A stretch of 64,000 nt of DNA from positions 24,493 through 88,492 of IMG/VR virus record IMGVR_UViG_3300012533_000003, one strand, 5' to 3'. Every line of letters starts with the position of its first letter. The first letter of the stretch is position 1. This document shows positions 51,047 to 60,522 of the stretch, piece after piece. The notes under the pieces are model-generated. The model saw only the letters and a list, made by a program, of their open reading frames with translations. It did not search any database and had not been told where the DNA came from. This DNA is from a virus. The position numbers were made by a program, and so were the translations under genes.

Positions 51047-51311
51047 AAAAGAAATTCTTTCTCTTGCTGCGAATTTGAAATTAAAGATTGTCAACAGAAA
51101 GCAGCCGATGATAGAACTTGCTCAAAAAATTTCTTTATCTGAACTCGGTATCGGTGATGTTGTCGGAGTTAATATGTTAAAGTCCATGAAGGAACAATTA
51201 GAAGAAAGAAAATATCATCAATGGAGAGACCGTCACTACTATGCTGTCTTGAGATATATTCTTAATGCATCTGATGATATTGATCCTGAAAATCTTGATC
51301 TTGACAAATGA
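51036..51311 (+). CDS. Small hypothetical protein
   Basis: ATG 51036 overlaps upstream stop. Confidence 0.5.
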   Translation: MKSKKEILSLAANLKLKIVNRKQPMIELAQKISLSELGIGDVVGVNMLKSMKEQLEERKYHQWRDRHYYAVLRYILNASDDIDPENLDLDK

Positions 51312-51365
51312 ATAAGCATGCAGATTTAACGCAGAAATTTTCAACATGGGGCGGAAAGATTCTGA

Positions 51366-51716
51366 GAAATACTGATTACATCACGCCATTTAAATGATAA
51401 AAAGATATTGACAAGTGAATTTTATCTTACATTTGTTCTTGATGTTTTTGAACATATGAAAATTGATGAAATCAAAGAAATTCTTAATACTTTAGAGACA
51501 GAATTGATTATTTTTAGAGTCCCTGTTGGATGTGAAACTAAGAGAGAGTTTATTCTGAATACTGCAAGATCTGATAAGACGCATATCACATGCCTGACAA
51601 AAGAAGAATGGATTAAGATCTTCAAAGAATGTAGGTATGAACTCTTCTTTAAATTGAATCTCATGACAATTTTTGACAGCGAAGGTGTCTTGAGCTGTGT
51701 TTTCAAAAGAAAATAG
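51366..51716 (+). pseudogene. N-terminally truncated SAM methyltransferase
   Basis: LDVFEH...IFRVP...DKTHIT..EEW present, but no Gly-rich SAM motif; in-frame stop at 51363. Confidence 0.5.
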
Positions 51717-52539
51717 ATGGTTTCGTCTTGCCGGGCATCTTGGCGATGCCGTCTATCAGATGTATGCAATTATGATTTCTGGAGGAGGGGGCGTAGCTAT
51801 ACCTCTCGGAGAAGATTGTAATCAAGAAGAAATTAATGCTCTTGTTCCTCTTTTAAGTTCTCAATCATATATTCGAAATATTATTATTACAGAGAGAAGA
51901 AAAGATATACAATTTTATCATGATTTTCGTGAAGGATATAATTCATTTCGATTCAGAAATTTCTTTGAATCGAATGAATTATATCCGATTAGCACGTCTT
52001 GTTTGAAAAAAGTTTATTTATTTGGGATCCTTAGAAAATGTCTCCCTTTAAGAGACTGTCTTTATGTGATTGACCATAGTCATAAATGGCTGTATAACAT
52101 TAATTCGAATCAAAAGAAATATGATATTATCGTTCATATAATGAACACAAAGAGATTAAAGAAAATCGATGAGTGGTATCATATTTTGAATGCGTTATGT
52201 CAACTAGGATATAGCATAGGGTGGATCGGCGATGATAGCGTCCTAGAATATCGGTCAGATGGACCTTGGGATTTAATTAGAACAAAAGATCTTCTTATCG
52301 CAGCTCAATATATTAATGACTGTTCATTATTTATCGGAACTGCCAATGTTAACTATGTAATCGCTGAAGCGCTTGATAGAATCAGATTAGTTGAAGTTGC
52401 GAATGTTGCGGCAGGAACTATTCCGAGAAATGAAAGAGGGTATTGTATTAATGAATGGTCCGCAGAGCGAATTATCAACACAGTAAAACTGATATTGAAT
52501 AAAAATGTTGATTACAATCCCTTGGAACAACAGAACTAA
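51697..52539 (+). CDS. GT9-like glycosyltransferase, paralog of 49044
   Basis: GHLGDA; LFIGT...IAEAL; shared NEW.E.I end. Confidence 0.6.
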   Translation: MFSKENRWFRLAGHLGDAVYQMYAIMISGGGGVAIPLGEDCNQEEINALVPLLSSQSYIRNIIITERRKDIQFYHDFREGYNSFRFRNFFESNELYPISTSCLKKVYLFGILRKCLPLRDCLYVIDHSHKWLYNINSNQKKYDIIVHIMNTKRLKKIDEWYHILNALCQLGYSIGWIGDDSVLEYRSDGPWDLIRTKDLLIAAQYINDCSLFIGTANVNYVIAEALDRIRLVEVANVAAGTIPRNERGYCINEWSAERIINTVKLILNKNVDYNPLEQQN

Positions 52540-53173
52540 TTTTCTTCGAATCACTCTTGCGACGTTGAAGGAGTCGATGCGAGGTGGTGTCTATACTTTT
52601 CTAATTGCAGGACATAATAAGAAGAGACATGATCTTCCTCAAATTTTTGATCCGGTATTGGCGGGACATTTCAAAGAATTTTCCGGTCAAGACTGTCATA
52701 TGCTCTATGTTGATATGATTAATTATGCATTCGATTCTTATTTTAATTGTCAACATATATTGAATATCGATTCTGATGCTATTGTTCACCCAGAGTTATT
52801 CGGAGCTGTCAGTAAAGCTATCTACGATCTTCCAGATGCAGGGGCGATTGGATTTTTCAATGAATCATGTCATCCAGAACCTAAAGAAAAGTATAAAGAA
52901 ATCTATCATGCGAGAAATCATTGCAGTATGCTTGGATTGTTGATTAATCGAAATGCATGGAATGATTTTAAGAAGCCAAATCCAGGACAACAGATTGATT
53001 ACGGTTGTATTGATGGAATGTTTACAAGCTGGGTTGCTCAAAGCGGAAAATATAGGCTTTACACAACCGTGAGATCATATGTAGATCATATCGGATTCAA
53101 AGAAACACACGCTTCAGAAACGTATGACGGTATAGGAGCATTTGTAAGAGCAAGAAGATTCTACAGTGAATAA
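52505..53173 (+). CDS. GT-A (GT2-like) glycosyltransferase
   Basis: ITIP..NR, IDSD, SYVDHIG. Confidence 0.7.
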   Translation: MLITIPWNNRTNFLRITLATLKESMRGGVYTFLIAGHNKKRHDLPQIFDPVLAGHFKEFSGQDCHMLYVDMINYAFDSYFNCQHILNIDSDAIVHPELFGAVSKAIYDLPDAGAIGFFNESCHPEPKEKYKEIYHARNHCSMLGLLINRNAWNDFKKPNPGQQIDYGCIDGMFTSWVAQSGKYRLYTTVRSYVDHIGFKETHASETYDGIGAFVRARRFYSE

Positions 53174-53822
53174 CCTTATAGCTTTTAGAAAATTGATCAA
53201 CAATAATGATAACGTCTGGTGTGATATCGATGGAATGATCTGGCATTCAAAACTTGAAGTCGGATGGTATCCGTGCAATACAGATGGAGTTTATGATGAA
53301 GAGTATTTCAACAACTATTTAAAATACAAGAATACAGAAACAGGAAAGAAGATTACACAGTTTAGAACTGATTTTGTCAATAAGATCTATGACGGCGATT
53401 TAATTGATTTTGGTTCTGGATCTGGTCAGTTCGTTGAATCAAGATCAAAAACATTTGGGATCGACGTCAACCCTTTCAGTGTTTCCGCTCTCAAGACGAT
53501 CGGAAAATACTGTGATCAGATCCCTTCAAATCCAAGGGCTATATCTTTTTGGGATAGCCTTGAACATATAAAAGACTGCTGGGATATCGTCGAAACAATT
53601 TCAGAATATGTTTTTGTCTCTATTCCGATCTTTGTTAGCATGATTCATGCGCTTAGATCAAAGCATTTTAAACCAAAAGAACATTACTGGTATTTCACAG
53701 AAAAAGGTCTCATCGAATGTTTTCTTTTGATGGGATTTTCTCTTGTTGAAAGATCTGACTTCGAAACGAGGTATTGTGGAAGAGACATGGTTTACACGTA
53801 TTGTTTTAAGAGAATAATTTAA
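53166..53822 (+). CDS. Class I SAM methyltransferase
   Basis: IDFGSGSG, GIDVN, WDSLEH, EHYWYF. Confidence 0.85.
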   Translation: MNNLIAFRKLINNNDNVWCDIDGMIWHSKLEVGWYPCNTDGVYDEEYFNNYLKYKNTETGKKITQFRTDFVNKIYDGDLIDFGSGSGQFVESRSKTFGIDVNPFSVSALKTIGKYCDQIPSNPRAISFWDSLEHIKDCWDIVETISEYVFVSIPIFVSMIHALRSKHFKPKEHYWYFTEKGLIECFLLMGFSLVERSDFETRYCGRDMVYTYCFKRII

Positions 53823-54250
53823 TGACTCACGTAATTACGCGCAAGTTCACATTTGATTCTGGCCATAGAATTCCTTTGCATGAAAGCAAATGCAAACATC
53901 TTCATGGACATACGTTCATGTGCGAAGTGTCACTTTCTCCAGTAGATGGTGACACTCTTGATGATCTTGGAAGAGTTCTTGACTTTGGCGAAATCAAGAG
54001 ATTGATTGGCACATGGATTGACGTAAATGTTGATCACGGATTCATTTTAAATAGCACTGATGAGCTTGTCAAGATCTGGCCACACAATCATAAGTTATAT
54101 TTGATTGGAAAGAATCCGACCGCAGAAAATATTGCTGAACATTTTCATAAAGTGTTCGGGCGTATACTATCTGAGAATGGCATTGCTGCAAAGGTCATTC
54201 GAGTTACGATTCACGAAACTCCAAACTCTAGAGCGGAATATTACACATGA
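53822..54250 (+). CDS. queD: 6-carboxytetrahydropterin synthase
   Basis: FDSGH, CKHLHGH, DFG, DH, PTAENIA, ET. Confidence 0.93.
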   Translation: MTHVITRKFTFDSGHRIPLHESKCKHLHGHTFMCEVSLSPVDGDTLDDLGRVLDFGEIKRLIGTWIDVNVDHGFILNSTDELVKIWPHNHKLYLIGKNPTAENIAEHFHKVFGRILSENGIAAKVIRVTIHETPNSRAEYYT

Positions 54251-54435
54251 TGTCTTCGTCAGATAGTAAGCCTCTTATGAAGAGCAGAAGAATCCAGATG
54301 CCTCCGATGAAGGATAATCACGATCCTAAAATGTGCGTTTTATGCGACTCTGGTTTGAAATATGATCCAAAGTCTAGGTTCCATGAAGTTTCGGAGAAGG
54401 ACGATGATAATGATGAAGATAAAGAGGACGACTAA
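54247..54435 (+). CDS. Small hypothetical protein
   Basis: CxxC and acidic tail; coupled. Confidence 0.45.
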   Translation: MMSSSDSKPLMKSRRIQMPPMKDNHDPKMCVLCDSGLKYDPKSRFHEVSEKDDDNDEDKEDD

Positions 54436-54659
54436 TGAAAATCGATCTTGATTTGATCAATAGAGATTTTACATATCATCGTCCGAAATCCGATAGAGTT
54501 AAGGATAATTGTGAAGAAATTAGAGGAATTCTTGCAGATGCTATGATTAAGATTCTTGATGTTATGCCAGAATGCAGAGAAGAATCTCTTGTCAAGACAA
54601 AACTTGAAGAAGCGATGATGTGGGCGATTGCAGGCATTATGAGGAATCAAGATGGCTAA
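54435..54659 (+). CDS. Acb2/Tad1-like helical hairpin protein
   Basis: FTYHRP...REESLVKTKLEEAMMWAIAGIMR. Confidence 0.65.
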   Translation: MKIDLDLINRDFTYHRPKSDRVKDNCEEIRGILADAMIKILDVMPECREESLVKTKLEEAMMWAIAGIMRNQDG

Positions 54660-54852
54660 GTCAAAGAAATTGAGTAAGGCTGAGTTAGAGGTTAGGCGGG
54701 CTCGTAATGCCTTAAAGAAGCCCAAGAAACCGCGCGATATTACTGCCGAAGTTAACGGCCCTGCTGCCGGTGTAGGTGGCGGGTTTAAAGGAGGTCAGCC
54801 ATATGTTGCTGGCCGAGGCGGAGAAAATAATTCTGCAATCGGAAGCGAATAG
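54652..54852 (+). CDS. Small basic Gly-rich protein
   Basis: GAGG RBS; 66 aa. Confidence 0.5.
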   Translation: MAKSKKLSKAELEVRRARNALKKPKKPRDITAEVNGPAAGVGGGFKGGQPYVAGRGGENNSAIGSE

Positions 54853-54865
54853 ATAAAAAGTAATA

Positions 54866-55582
54866 TTGTCTGTGGATACAAGCAAGATTTCTATTGTTGA
54901 AAAGTTTATCTCGATTCAAGGCGAAGGTAGAAATCTTGGTATACCATACGGATTCGTGAGAGTTGGTGGGTGTCCACTACGTTGTTTTAAGTGTGATAGT
55001 TCCTATACTTTTCAGCCAGGTCTTGATTCTATCGTTGATGTTGACGATATCGTTTTATGGTGCTTAAAACAACATGTTGATTGGATCAGCATTACTGGCG
55101 GTGAGCCATTAATTTATCCTGCTCAACTCAAACATATTCTTAATCGATTGAATCTTTCCGGATATAAGACTCATGTCGAAACGAGTGGAAGATACTACGA
55201 TAGAGACTGTCATCGTCTTAGTTCTCTTTGGTCACCAGACGTGAAGACACCTTGCACTGGCGAACAAGACGATAAATGGAAAGAATGGATTGACTATCTA
55301 AGGCCACAAGATCAAGTCAAATTCGTTATTAGAGAAGAAAGTGATTTTGATTATGTAGAACCAATTCATGAACTTATTGATGGTAGATGCCCGTCTGTGT
55401 TTCAACCATTTAATGAATTAGTTGATATAGAAGACAGAAAAGAAAGTTTAATTGTTAAGCGCTCTGGTTTAATTGAAAGAACAAAATGGATTACTGAAAG
55501 ACTGTTGAAATATAAGTGGAAGAATGTAATTATTACCCCTCAACTCCATGTGCTATTGTTTGGGAATAAGGCAGGAACATAA
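54866..55582 (+). CDS. queE: 7-carboxy-7-deazaguanine synthase (radical SAM)
   Basis: SIQGEG, CPLRCFKCDS, TGGEP, VETSG, PQLH. Confidence 0.93.
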   Translation: MSVDTSKISIVEKFISIQGEGRNLGIPYGFVRVGGCPLRCFKCDSSYTFQPGLDSIVDVDDIVLWCLKQHVDWISITGGEPLIYPAQLKHILNRLNLSGYKTHVETSGRYYDRDCHRLSSLWSPDVKTPCTGEQDDKWKEWIDYLRPQDQVKFVIREESDFDYVEPIHELIDGRCPSVFQPFNELVDIEDRKESLIVKRSGLIERTKWITERLLKYKWKNVIITPQLHVLLFGNKAGT

Positions 55583-56469
55583 TGGGTTTTGCAGAAGACG
55601 TTGCTTTCAGTAATCTTCCATCAAACATTTGTAGTTTGACAAGACAGCCAACTGATGACCCTGTTGTAATGCACAGAGATCTTTCTGATTGGTTTCCAGA
55701 TACAATCAAACATCTTCAAGACAATCGACTCTGCAATCTTATCATAGTTGATAGAAAGGCAAGAGAAGATTACTATAGTAAACTTTCTAGAATGACATGC
55801 GTTCTTGCTTTAAGCGGTGGGCTTGATAGCACAACTGTTCTCTATTGGGCAAGAAGAATTTTTGATAAAGTCGAATGTCTAATCTTTGATTATGACCAAA
55901 GACATAAAATTGAAATTGAATATGCCAAGGAAATTGTTCGAAAGAGCGAGGATCATAATATTTCTTATCAAGTTGTCGATATGTCTTGTATTAACTCTCT
56001 TACGAAATCCGCGCTAACAAGAAATATTGAAGTTCCGTCCGGAAGGTCTATCGAAGAAATGTCTCGAGGCGTTCCTTCGACATTTGTTCCTGGCAGGAAT
56101 GTTTATTTCATGACTGCGTTAAGTCAAGTTGCATTTGCCATTGGGGCGAGACATATCGCTCTTGGAGTAAATATTCTTGACTATTCAGGCTATCCAGATT
56201 GCAGACCTGAATTTATTTCTTCGATGAGAACTTCAATCGGCATTGGTATTTTTGGAGGTCAAGAACCAGGAGTCCATGCACCTTTGATGTTTTTAAACAA
56301 GAAACAAATTATTGAACTCGGTCTTTATCTTGGTGTAGACTACTCGATGACTCATTCATGTTACAAAGGCGTCAAAGGAGGCTGCGGGTCTTGTGATTCA
56401 TGTCAATTAAGAAGGAATGCATTCAAGGAACTCAGCATGGTCGATCCCGCGATCTGTTCTGCGCAATGA
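55582..56469 (+). CDS. queC: 7-cyano-7-deazaguanine synthase with N-terminal extension
   Basis: SGGLDS, FVPGRN, YPDCR, SCY...CGSCDSC. Confidence 0.95.
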   Translation: MGFAEDVAFSNLPSNICSLTRQPTDDPVVMHRDLSDWFPDTIKHLQDNRLCNLIIVDRKAREDYYSKLSRMTCVLALSGGLDSTTVLYWARRIFDKVECLIFDYDQRHKIEIEYAKEIVRKSEDHNISYQVVDMSCINSLTKSALTRNIEVPSGRSIEEMSRGVPSTFVPGRNVYFMTALSQVAFAIGARHIALGVNILDYSGYPDCRPEFISSMRTSIGIGIFGGQEPGVHAPLMFLNKKQIIELGLYLGVDYSMTHSCYKGVKGGCGSCDSCQLRRNAFKELSMVDPAICSAQ

Positions 56470-57098
56470 GACGCACGAGAAAGAACCCTGTTGAAGTAAT
56501 CATTAAAGGCGGCGAATGTCACATAAATTCAGCCGCATTCAATGTTGAAGGGCTTCTGCGAAATCTTGGTCATTATTTTGATTTCAATACGCTTAATGAT
56601 GATAATTTCAAAGAGACTCCGAAAAGAGTTGTGAAGGCATATAGAGAGATCTTATCCGGATACACAGAAGATCCAAGGAAGATTTTGGAATCGAATTTTC
56701 CTGTTGACGACTATGATCAAATGATCGTTGTCAAAGATATTGATTTTTATAGTGTCTGTGCTCATCATATGCTCCCTTTCTTTGGAAAGATTGCAGTTGG
56801 CTACATTCCTTCAAAGAGAGGAAGGGTTGTTGGCTTAAGTAAACTCGCAAGAGTTTGTCAGACTTTCGCAAAGAGATTTCAGATTCAAGAAAGATTGGTT
56901 CGTCAGATCTGTGATGCAATCAATGAAAGTCTTGAACCTGTTGGTGCCGGAGTGGTGGCATATGATGTCAAACACCTCTGTATGCTGATGAGAGGTGTGA
57001 AGCAACACACAAGCACAATGACGACATCATGTCTTGTTGGAGAATTCAAAGAGATTCAATCCGTCAAGTCAGAATTTCTTAGACTGGCTGGGATATAA
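56466..57098 (+). CDS. folE: GTP cyclohydrolase I
   Basis: ETPKRV, CAHHMLPF, GLSKLAR, QIQERL, HLCMLMRG. Confidence 0.95.
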   Translation: MRRTRKNPVEVIIKGGECHINSAAFNVEGLLRNLGHYFDFNTLNDDNFKETPKRVVKAYREILSGYTEDPRKILESNFPVDDYDQMIVVKDIDFYSVCAHHMLPFFGKIAVGYIPSKRGRVVGLSKLARVCQTFAKRFQIQERLVRQICDAINESLEPVGAGVVAYDVKHLCMLMRGVKQHTSTMTTSCLVGEFKEIQSVKSEFLRLAGI

Positions 57099-57177
57099 CG
57101 ATCTATAGTTTTTGCATGTAAGATTCAGAACGTTTGCCGTATTATATAGCTGTCGTCCTAAACCAAGAAAGGCAATT

Positions 57178-58206
57178 ATGTCCAAGAAGATGAATCTTGC
57201 TGGTCTGCTTGATATTTGCAGGCAATGAGAAGAAAATCATTCTGATCGAGTCGTCGCACTTAGCTCTCTTTCCATGGATGCGAACCATCCTGGTAATTTG
57301 ATCGTTAAGCGCGGATCCGAAGCCACTTCGGAAATCTACCCTTTGCAGGAGCACGTTTATCGTCTCGTCAGCCGTGTGATCCCCGATATCCCGGCTGGCT
57401 ATCTAGAAAAGTGTGCTGAGAAGGCTCCTGATCTTGCGGCAAGAAACTTCAACCATTGGGTTAGCGAGTCCAAGCCGAAGGACGTCTTGCTCCGCTTTAC
57501 GAAGATCAAGGATATTCAACACGTGAGGGCTATGCTGCCCTCTTCGTGGAAGCCGTTCCCATACGAAAATATGATTGGTCATCTTATCAAGACTTGGGGT
57601 TCTGATAAGGAGGCGACAGTCAGTCAATTTACTGATCTTGGAATTTCTGTCGATATCACAAATGGGACAATTGATAGGAAGGCATATCCTGGCGATGATA
57701 TCGCTTGGGGAAATAGGTTTCGCGACAGTGATGTTGGATTTGGGAATCTGATTGTTTGTCCATACACTCTGAGACTTGTCTGCACCAATGGTGCAGTTTC
57801 TGTCAAGGAAGGATATGGAGTTAACTTCAGCCATACAGACAAGGCATTCGACGACAGGAAGACTTTAATTGAAGAGATCGGAAATGGAATCCAATCGATC
57901 TCTAATTACGCTCATATGATTGGCCTTCAAGTTGAGAAGGCTGCAAGCATTCATCTTAACGATGTCGATGAGGCTTTCGAGCGTATCAACAAGAAGTTTA
58001 CTGTCACGAAGCTTGAAGCAGAGAATGCAAATGACGGTTGGGACGAAGAGGAAACTCTTCCAGATACCGTCTATAAGCTGGCTCAAGCCTACACCCGCGG
58101 AGCTAACTCCGGAGAATTTGATGATCGAGTCGAATCTCGATTCAAGCTCCAACATATTGGCGGACAAATCCTTCAACTTGCGTTCAACAACTACTCTTTC
58201 AACTAG
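57178..58206 (+). CDS. DUF932-like protein with in-frame TGA at codon 17 (or restart at 57274)
   Basis: RLVCTNG motif; AAAGG RBS before ATG 57178, same frame as 57274. Confidence 0.65.
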
Positions 58207-58227
58207 GTAGTTGATCGTAATATCAAA

Positions 58228-58298
58228 CGCTCCGTTGTGTAACGGTAGCACGGAAGATTTTGGGTCTTCTTGTCTCGGTTCAAATCCGGGCGGAGCAG
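58228..58298 (+). tRNA. tRNA-Gln(UUG)
   Basis: CGCTCCG/CGGAGCA; GAAGA-TTTTGGG-TCTTC; GTTCAAATC. Confidence 0.85.
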
Positions 58299-58314
58299 CT
58301 TAAACGAGAACAAA

Positions 58315-58713
58315 ATGACTGAACTTGAAACTTTCGACGCGCCATCAAATTCACAGGTAATTCAGATTGTTCATCCTGAATTCAGCTCTAAGTGTCCTAA
58401 GACAGGCTATCCTGATTTTGCGAAGATCGTTATCAGGTATACGCCAGATATGAGATGTGTTGAACTGAAGTCTTGGAAGTTATATCTTGCTTCTTTTTAT
58501 AATGTTGGCGCATATCACGAAGATGTGACAAAGAAGATTTTTGATAAATTCATTGAAGAAGTTTCTCCAAAAGAAGCTATGATCATCAGTAGTTGGGGAG
58601 CGCGGGGAGGGTTGAAGACCGTCATTTCTTCTTCCTATGATAAAGAATCTGGACAATACTGTTCTATTGTCAGAGAAATGGAAGACGCAATTAGAGATTG
58701 GACAAATACGTGA
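58315..58713 (+). CDS. queF: preQ0 reductase (unimodular QueF)
   Basis: EFSSKCPKTGYPDF, ELKSWKLYL QueF motif, HE, RGG; track start overlaps tRNA. Confidence 0.92.
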   Translation: MTELETFDAPSNSQVIQIVHPEFSSKCPKTGYPDFAKIVIRYTPDMRCVELKSWKLYLASFYNVGAYHEDVTKKIFDKFIEEVSPKEAMIISSWGARGGLKTVISSSYDKESGQYCSIVREMEDAIRDWTNT

Positions 58714-59618
58714 ACGTTCTTGTTGCTGTTCTGACAAGTCATGATATTAATCGTCTGGAAAGGGCTCTCAAAAGCATAGAAGAACAGCATGCAGGGTCTT
58801 ATGATTTCAATTATGAAATTCTTATCCTAGTAAATACTACAGATCCAGGGTATTATTCAAAAGTCTGTAGTCGTTTTAGAAAATCAGGATATAATATAAT
58901 TCAAACAAAGAGTAATGGCTTTCCTGGGAAGGGAAGAAACTCTGTCATAGATTTTTTCGTGACATTGGAAAATACAACGCACTTAATTCTTCTTGATGGT
59001 GATGATTTCTTTTATCCTACGGCATTTAAGAGAATTCAAGAGTGTATCAATCAAGGAGCTGATGTTCTTGGAATTCTTTTGAATGATTGGGTGGCAGATT
59101 TCAAGAAAGAATCTTCTTATATTCCAATTGAAATAAAGAAAGATAGATGGCTCTACACATGGGGTCCGAATCAATTTGATCATTATGAAAGCCATACATA
59201 TGATAAACTGTTCACACCTCCATCAATAGCGCAGAATTATGCGAGAATTGTGATGATTTCAAAGAAAGCATGCTCTTCACCTCTTCGACCTTATTACCCA
59301 GAAGATCTTCCTCTTTCTGAAGATTATATCGCGAATCTCTGGGCTCTCGCAGGTATGTTGTTTGGAGAATATAACTATTTCACAACTTCTGTATCAGATA
59401 TCTATGTTTATGATTTTACAAATGATCAAAGTGTGATGCATCAATATAGAAAGAAGAGCGGATTTGGAAACACAGACTATGATAAAATTTTCATGAGTAA
59501 TTGTCGGATTTTGCAGAAAATTCTTTCAGTTGGTCTCTCTTCTGTTCCTTTTATTCATATCAAAGACGTGATTCTAGCAAATGATAAAAAGTTAGAATTT
59601 TTGAAAGAGAGTGTTTGA
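58710..59618 (+). CDS. GT2-family glycosyltransferase coupled to queF
   Basis: GKGRN, LDGDD, SED; GTGA overlap with queF stop. Confidence 0.8.
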   Translation: MNVLVAVLTSHDINRLERALKSIEEQHAGSYDFNYEILILVNTTDPGYYSKVCSRFRKSGYNIIQTKSNGFPGKGRNSVIDFFVTLENTTHLILLDGDDFFYPTAFKRIQECINQGADVLGILLNDWVADFKKESSYIPIEIKKDRWLYTWGPNQFDHYESHTYDKLFTPPSIAQNYARIVMISKKACSSPLRPYYPEDLPLSEDYIANLWALAGMLFGEYNYFTTSVSDIYVYDFTNDQSVMHQYRKKSGFGNTDYDKIFMSNCRILQKILSVGLSSVPFIHIKDVILANDKKLEFLKESV

Positions 59619-59636
59619 TTTTCCGTATAATATGAT

Positions 59637-59996
59637 GTGACAGTCTTAATTCAAAACCCAGGCGACAGTATCTTCGTAATTTATGATCTTAAGCGAAAAG
59701 GGTATTGTCTCTGGATGAAAGATAAGAAGAATTATATTCTAGCTTTTACTTCAGGGGAAAAAGCAGAAAGATATAACTATACAGTTCTAAGAAATAGTCC
59801 AGGTGTTATAAGAGAGATTAAGAAGAATCAAAGCAAAGAGTTCACTCGCCGTCTCGTTTCGGCCGGAGTCGAGTGGATGTTACTTGATTTTCCTCCAGAG
59901 AATGACTGGGAATTTTTCGGCGACGATATCCCACTCGAGAAAAAGAGGGATTACGCCATTGTGCATTTGAAAGGTCTTGTGACAAAATGGGCGTAA
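59637..59996 (+). CDS. Hypothetical protein
   Basis: 119 aa; TATAAT 5 nt before GTG. Confidence 0.55.
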   Translation: MTVLIQNPGDSIFVIYDLKRKGYCLWMKDKKNYILAFTSGEKAERYNYTVLRNSPGVIREIKKNQSKEFTRRLVSAGVEWMLLDFPPENDWEFFGDDIPLEKKRDYAIVHLKGLVTKWA

Positions 59997-60433
59997 AGAA
60001 GGTAACTCTTCAACTTCAAGCAGAATCAGCCGCTGCTCAAATTATTACAGATCCAAACTCTGTAATTTTAGAAATCAATCTTAGCTGGATTCCTCGAGAC
60101 TTTGATTCAAATAATCAGCCTTCTCCGTTTGGTTTGAGATTTTTTATGGCCGACTCTCTTGGAGTGTCTCCGGCCGGTATAAACATCACTCTTCCTGCTG
60201 GCGGATCGTATAATTGGAGAAATCAAAATGCGCATAATTTTTATACGACGGATTCGATTAATCTTGGAAGCCTAAAACTTCCAGCTTCTTATGCAAAGCC
60301 TGATGGTTTTATAACAGGAGCGTTTACAGTATTGATGGTAACGGACGCTCCTGCGTCTCTCGGAAATCCGACTCCTTCTCCGTATAGGGTAGGAGTTCTG
60401 GTTGAAATTGAATATTATAGCTTCGCTACATAA
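59987..60433 (+). CDS. Hypothetical beta-rich protein
   Basis: 148 aa, coupled. Confidence 0.55.
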   Translation: MGVKKVTLQLQAESAAAQIITDPNSVILEINLSWIPRDFDSNNQPSPFGLRFFMADSLGVSPAGINITLPAGGSYNWRNQNAHNFYTTDSINLGSLKLPASYAKPDGFITGAFTVLMVTDAPASLGNPTPSPYRVGVLVEIEYYSFAT

Positions 60434-60522
60434 TCGTCATTTGGTATATAAGACTATTTTCTTGTTTGCGTAGTTAGCTACCATTATGCATTTCGAATAC
60501 GAGAGAGGCCAATTCTCAAGCA

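Noticed and set aside
58270..58314. N-terminal extension of QueF
   Set aside because: Overlaps tRNA-Gln; ATG 58315 fits better
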